In this document: in pieces, positions 57,763 to 64,000 of the stretch
Layout: each line of letters begins with the position of its first letter
How positions within the stretch are numbered: the first letter of the stretch is position 1
Assembly: GCA_030704615.1 (NCBI GenBank)
Contig: CM060733.1
Location: 19,158,001 to 19,222,000, forward strand
DNA length: 64,000 nt
Direction of reading: 5' to 3'
Source of the DNA: Takakia lepidozioides
Lineage: Eukaryota; Plantae; Bryophyta
The notes under the pieces: generated by a model
What the model saw: the letters and a program-made list of their open reading frames with translations, nothing else
Databases searched by the model: none
Told to the model about the DNA's origin: nothing
Position numbers and translations under genes: made by a program

Positions 57763-60700
57763 TTAAGCATTGTCTTCCACGTGATGGTTCACCTCGTTCT
57801 GACTATCCAAGGGCATGTACTGCGCCATGATGGCCCTTATCTCTGAATCCATATACGACTGCCAACACCCACCATTCATCGAAGGTTATTTAAGTCAGTG
57901 CCATGCAAGCAAACCATCAATTTGCACTAGAATAGTTCGTCTCTCAAAACCAGTTTTGCCAGATTACCAGTCGTGTTTGGTATCATATCCCAGCATGGAA
58001 ATGTACTGCACTTTCGTGGATTGTGTCGCATACAATCTTGATGTTTTGAATTCAACAAAACATCAACCAGAGGCCTAACTGAAAAAGGCCAGGTCATTCA
58101 GCATTACAATCCAGCAATGATCTCAAGTACACGTACCCGGAGTCTGTACTTATAGACAATGTAGCCACCTACTCCAACCACCGCCATGCCAGCGAGCACA
58201 AGGAGTGAAACCACCCATCCAACCCTTGTCTGTGAAGTTTTCTTGCCTGCAAAAACGGGGAGAGTAACAAAGATCTCCAACAGCTTCAAAAAGATGGCAA
58301 AAATTTGAAGCATCTATAGTAAAGCTTAATGTGCCAACAAGTCTCACTTTTAGCAGGAAAACTTTGCAGTGCACCAGCATAGAAGAACTATTTCATACCA
58401 AGGCAACAGGAAGGGGTGAAGTTGTGACTTACTGATGCATGTATCATGTTCTCTGAAATAGAGAAGGTCGCCTGAGCATCCGCATTCATAACCACCCCAT
58501 GTGTCTTTGCAATTGCATTCGGAACACTGACACTTGGTCTTCTCTTTGCATTCGTTGATATCTAGATCAAGTTAGAATCCAATTGTATGTCACTCATATA
58601 GATGACATCCCAAGGACATTGCGTCTCAAAGACCAGTTTGATAAACAGAATCACATGCAGAACCCATCAGGACCTGTGAAACACTCATGTTCCTCTTTGT
58701 TACTGGTGCAAATTGTAAAGAATGCCACCAACCATACCTGTTACATTCAAGTCTTGTTTATGGAGTTTCAATGAAGGCATGTAAGGCACTATGCCACAGT
58801 AAAGCCCAGGTGGTATTCTCACATGACATATTTGTCTTTCTATAGTTACCAGGAAGTGCCAACTCTTTTGATTGCAATGCGAGAGAGATGGAACAGAGGG
58901 AGAAACTGACAATGACAAACTAAAACCAACAGCACAAGCCATTTAATTAAGGACGTAGAGTCTACCAACACACTCGTTGATGCCATCCCCTATGAAGCCT
59001 TCTGGGCAATGGCACCCTTTGAGCTGTGTATCCTGCATCCATAGTTGGACAAACTCACCTCAACTTGCCTGTGAATCATTTACCAATAAATGTAATGAAG
59101 ATACAGCTGCTCCCTGGCTATTATCATCATAAATGAATATGCCATAGAAACATCAAGTGTTACCGAGCAAGCAGAGAAAGTAAGGTCGCCACGAGTATCG
59201 TGCCAGCAACCACCATTGTTAATTTTGCACCGTTCCGACCCCGTGGCTGTTTTGCAAACACGCAGTGTAATTAGAACACGCTCCTACAGCTGGAATCGAC
59301 TTTCGGCACCAGGAAAGATCCTCTAGATTTCGATTAGACACCTTCAGTGGGAAATGCTGCAAGAGCCCTCCTCCCTCCATTCCTACTCTTTTCTGGGATA
59401 TGAATGCAAACTGAGGACATAGGGACAACCAAATGAAATCAACAGTTTCAATGACGGTTGTCAGTACGTATGCATTTACAATCAGCTTACAGCAATGCAA
59501 GACTCAAAAATGTGAGCAGATCTGAAGTGGCAACAAGGAATATTACGATCAACAACGAGACAGAGAAAATCACCTTCACAGGAACTATAACCATCACCAG
59601 TGAGCTGAACCCCTTCAACCATGGGACACTGGCAGACACGGCCCCGAAAGGTATCCTGTGCATGAGAGCATCACATAGCTTTAGGCTGCGGAGACAGGCA
59701 GCAGTGCTGGTAGCCTTTCAAGTTATTAGAAAAAATCCTCTAATAACACCTGAACTGTATGGGGGTCAACAACTCCTCGACACATGGGGCCATGGCAGAA
59801 CAGACACAGGCCACTTTCCAGCCTCAAACCATCACCTTCATTAACCACCACCAATGACAATCATTTCATGGAACGAGCCACAAGTTATGGCCCTAACACT
59901 TTAGAAACATGTTTGATATAAACCAAGATATACAATGTTCAACTGTGTGAGATAGAAACTTACCTTGCAAGCAGAAACATTGGCTTTCTTGTCTTCCCAG
60001 CAGCCTCCATTGTTTGTCATACATTCATTAGACTCCACTCCTGCAAATGCAGGCAACCATCATGTGAAATCAAAGGTATCAGCCTGCCCAGCTGTATGCT
60101 GATGTGGTCAAATTCACTATGGTTCTAAAAACAAACTTTCAACAACCTTTCCCACATCAACTCATCCCACACCTTCTGTATCTGTGGAGCTACCAACTTT
60201 GAAGACCACATCTGGGGGGGGTGCAGCTTTCTCCAACATTCCAAAAATACCCATTTCAAGATATTGAATTAGGGTTCTACCAGTGTCTAATACGTATGTG
60301 TGTTCTTCCTCAGTTCAACATTGCTGAGAAGAGAAACACCTGCAACTCAGAATGAATGGTGGTCCCTGAGATTTTCCTGGTTTACACAGACTTCTCTGGA
60401 GCAAATTCCTCTTTTCCTCCATTCCAGTAGTGTGACTTACCTTGATATAAACACATAGTACGGGCTTTCCAGGTATCCCCTTCACAGAAGCATCAATCGA
60501 ACAGAGGTGCAGGAACCATGTTCTTGATGTTCCTGAAGAGGGTTACTCTCAGGTGAGACATTGTACCAGAAAATGGATATTGTCTTCTGGTTGCCCACAC
60601 ATCAGGCACTTACAATTTCCTTTTCCTCTCTGCATCTGTTGATTGCTCAAGGGTAGGCTCCCTGCCCTGAGTTTAAATTTCAGTATAGTGCCGAGGATAG

Positions 60701-63700
60701 GTAGGCCCTTCAGATCATCCTTAAGGTCCTTGCCCATGGCACAGACTGGAAACAAGACCAGGGAGATAAGTCCCAAAGTAGAAGCTGCTGCAGGAAGTTG
60801 TCAGACACGGTGGCGTCCAACAAATGGCGTAGTACTTAGGGCACAAGGCCGCCTTATATATGTTGAATGTCACCCGTTATAGCCAACCCAACTATAAAAA
60901 GGGGTCGTTGGGTCAACTGATCATTTAATGTGTGGCTTCCTTGAGTCTTGGGGAGGTTTGGGCAATCGCATTGCCCAGTTACGGCCGTTAGAAGGTTCCA
61001 AAAACGGAAGGCAGTAGCCCTGTGACACCATACTTTACGCTTGATTCGACAGGAGTCAACCCCCTCATGGACATCTAAGTTGTACATTCTGTTAATGTTG
61101 CACAATAGGATTGATAGTACTACTTGCACCTGTTGGCACCCAGTCAGAAGCTGAATGGAATGGACTCCATCCAGACGACAACAAAGTCTCGCAGATAATA
61201 CTCCCACCTCAGTTTCCAATGTGTGAATGTTTGGAAAGTGATGCCATACCATCACTCAGACAAACTGGTGGATCTGTGGTCTCCTTATATCCTGAACAGA
61301 TGGCCTTCAGTACAGCTCCCTTGTCTAGCTTCCCTGCAAGAAGGAAATGATACAGTATAATTGTGGGATGATATCTGATATACATTACTCTACATCGGTT
61401 TGGAATAAGCAAGAGGCCTATGTCCTACACAAGACTCGTATGTGCAACTCCCAAGGCCAAGCCAATGTTTGTGAATGTGCTTGTTCAATGTGTAATGCTG
61501 TCAAAATTCGTAATGGAGTGACCACGGTTAGGTTTCCAAATTAGTCTCAATTAGTCTTAAGTTCATGTAGTCTTAACAACGTCCCTGAGGGCAGCAGTCA
61601 TATGCAGGGTTCATAAAAAGAAAGAGTAAATTCCGGCCAGATCAGTGCAACACAAGTGAGCTTTCAAGTAAGCTCCCACATATATGGGGATTAAAAATCC
61701 ACTAATACGTGAAGTCCTAGCCGCCACTCTATAGCTGTCTTCTGATTTTGTTCTCAGCTAATTTCGTACACTGGATTTATGAACCAGATTAGATCATTGA
61801 ATCTTTACAGGAAACCCAACACTCACAAAGGCCCCGGCCACAAACCTCGGTACTGCCTGTTGTTGATAATGAGGGTGGGCAGAATGGTGATATCACCGCG
61901 TGAACCTGATCCCACCTGCCAGACTCAAATTCACCATGAGCAGAGGAAGGGCAGCTGCTTGGGACTGTTGTAAACCTCAGTATTCCCCTCTCTTGTCAGG
62001 GCTAATTCTTGTGATTAGCAGCAGAACTAATTTTGTAAGCTAAGACTTGAAGCAGTGCCCGCAAGCCCAAAGAAGTTAAGCAACACCCTGCATGAAATGT
62101 CTCTGACCGTAAGGATGCCTGTACTCTTTGAGTCCAGTGTTTGCTGCTGCCATATGACAACAGTCCCATGGTGCACTAATGGCTGAGATGACCTTGCAGC
62201 AACTTCCATTCCTGACAGAAGTCTATGTTGGGGTACCCTTGCCAAGTTCCCAAAGTCCTTAATGTGGATTCAGAAGAAGAAAACTGGCAAGTGTCACTGA
62301 GTGCATTCTTGATCCATTAAGGCTACTATGTCCTTCAGGAGAAGGTGGTTTGAAACAGCCATCTTATAGTTTTTTTTAAGTCTTCCACCAAGAACTCAAA
62401 GCCTCCAATGTCGAGGAGGCTCCACCTGCCACTACATTTACCAAATGCTTCCAACGCAGGCCGGAAGTGGATTTGAACCCAACATGACCTTTGGGGGCAA
62501 AGTGCCAACCACTGCTGTCTGCTGGAAGATTCAAAACATAACAGAGCGACAGCATAGGTCTGAAGAGAACCAGGCTCAAAATACTTTATATGCTTACTTC
62601 ATATCCAATCAGATAGGTCAGAGGGGAAAATAACTCGTCTACTATACATTCCCATGCTGCCAAAGCATTGAACAGAAATATTTACAATTCCTGATTACCA
62701 CCCATGAACGAATACAGATCATACCCACCTGAGCATCTTGCTCACTCTTCAAAAGAGGGTGATCCTCATCTGCTTCAGTATTTCGCATACAATCGCGAAC
62801 AGATTTGGCATCCAAAGCTGCAAGCACGTACACTTTTTTAATCTTCATAGTACTAAAAAGAAACCGTGTTAAACTTTGCCAGAATTACACCCTTCTGCAG
62901 ATTTATTAACTCTCTCTCTCTTTCTCTCCATGGCCACAAGGCTACGGCACACAACGTCTTATGAGTACATTCTCCATTCTACCCTTTGTGGGCACGGGGT
63001 CAATGGCCACAAGAAACAATGTCTTATGAGTACATTCTCTCCAACTGTTGACTTTGATTCCACAATAACATCTCTCTTCTGCTAAACATCAACCCTCTTT
63101 CAAGCAGGGAGGGAAGTTTACATAGAGACCGGAGAACTTCTTCTGCACACTCCTGGTTGTATTTCTTCTCCTTCATGGGACAACGGATTTGGAAATCGGT
63201 CACATAGTCCCACCATACCCAAGGTCGCTTGATGTCATTGGTAACCTTGAAAACACAAAGCTGCCTCAAATTCTCAATAACCACATCCTTCCCGTCATAG
63301 CCTGTGGTAAAATCCTGCTCTGGGTCAGGGGCACAGTACCGGCCATGATTGATGCACTGCGCTTTACACTGCTTACTAGTAATAAAGGCTTGGGGACAGA
63401 ACCAGGTGATGTAGTGGGGTGTGAAGAGTGTGTAACCCCCTTTCTCCAAAAGCTGGGCAGCGCCCTTGAAATTCTTCACAAAATCAATTTGTGCATCACA
63501 TTTGGACCCGCACTCATCGTTGCTATTGGTCCAAAACTCGTATTCTACACGGTCGTCCGGGTGAGGGAGTGCTTCCCGCCAGTCGAGGTTGATGTTCACC
63601 ATCTCCGACCCAGTTAATGCCTTCTTCAGATCATCGCCAAAGCCCTTCTCAATCAGCGCTGATGGAATTGTGATGTTCGGTAAAAAGTTTGCAAGGGGGT

Positions 63701-64000
63701 CCTCACCTGGCGAGTCCATTGTTAACAGTGGCTCCGCCTTGTCATCAGACACCAGCACCGCCGCAGCGCCTGCGTTCTGGGCGTTCCAGACCTTCAATGC
63801 AAAATAGCATTCTGCAAGGAACCAACCCCAACATTTAGTGCTTTTAGTGGCAACCAGATTGATCCTAGCCATGAATGGTGAAAGGCTGGCTTCCACACTG
63901 ATATGTGAGGCACCTGATCACATCCCACACGGAACACACATTGCCGGAGTGATATAAATTTGAAGCACAACATTAAGTTTGCTGTCATGGAAGCCAGTCG
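57763..64000 (-). CDS. VSR: Vacuolar sorting receptor (BP-80 family); first exon lies outside the window
   Basis: Large exon from 63811 with [15 protein letters not shown] (PA domain), [13 protein letters not shown] and [18 protein letters not shown]-repeat exons near 60045, 59690, 59245, 59030 and 58560. TM exon at about 58247-58136. Last exon 57858-57763 encodes [18 protein letters not shown] with the YMPL sorting motif. Confidence 0.96.
60425..60770 (-). mobile_element. Older diverged fragment of LINE family B lacking the 3' terminus
   Basis: [48 protein letters not shown], plus GATTGATGCTT.TGTGAAGGG..AAGGTAAGTC. In a VSR intron. Confidence 0.88.
62931..63035 (+). mobile_element. Two stacked ultra-short 3' fragments of LINE family B
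   Basis: Copy 62931-62970 has TSD TCTCCAT (62925-62931 and 62971-62977). Copy about 62977-63035 has internal deletions and TSD TCTCTCCA (62923-62930 and 63036-63043). Both lie directly after a (TC)n tract. Confidence 0.85.

Overview
Eukaryotic, intron-rich genomic DNA. The window carries plant-type genes (NPQ6/Ycf20, vacuolar sorting receptor) alongside two motile-cilium genes (DLEC1/CFAP81 and CCDC13), so the source is inferred to be a land plant with flagellated sperm, most likely a bryophyte, lycophyte or fern. Nine host genes can be reconstructed by eye: DLEC1 (-), NPQ6 (-), TAF1B/RRN7 (+), calcineurin-B-like EF-hand (-), ATP10 (+), proteasome beta-5 (+), 6PGD (+), CCDC13 (-) and a partial VSR (-). 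There is also one decayed orphan coiled-coil gene. Introns and intergenic DNA hold two non-LTR retrotransposon families, L1-like remnants, a hAT MITE with 17-bp TIRs and an 8-bp TSD, and several tandem duplications. The most notable signal is LINE 'family B' (APE-RT-CCHC), with eight copies. It has no poly(A) or simple-repeat tail and ends 6 nt after its stop codon. Every copy with an intact 3' end is followed by TCT, usually in a CT-rich tract, with 7-19 bp target-site duplications, and twice a new copy is stacked on the 5' junction of an older one. All homology calls come from recalled family motifs, not database searches, and exon boundaries are manual predictions.
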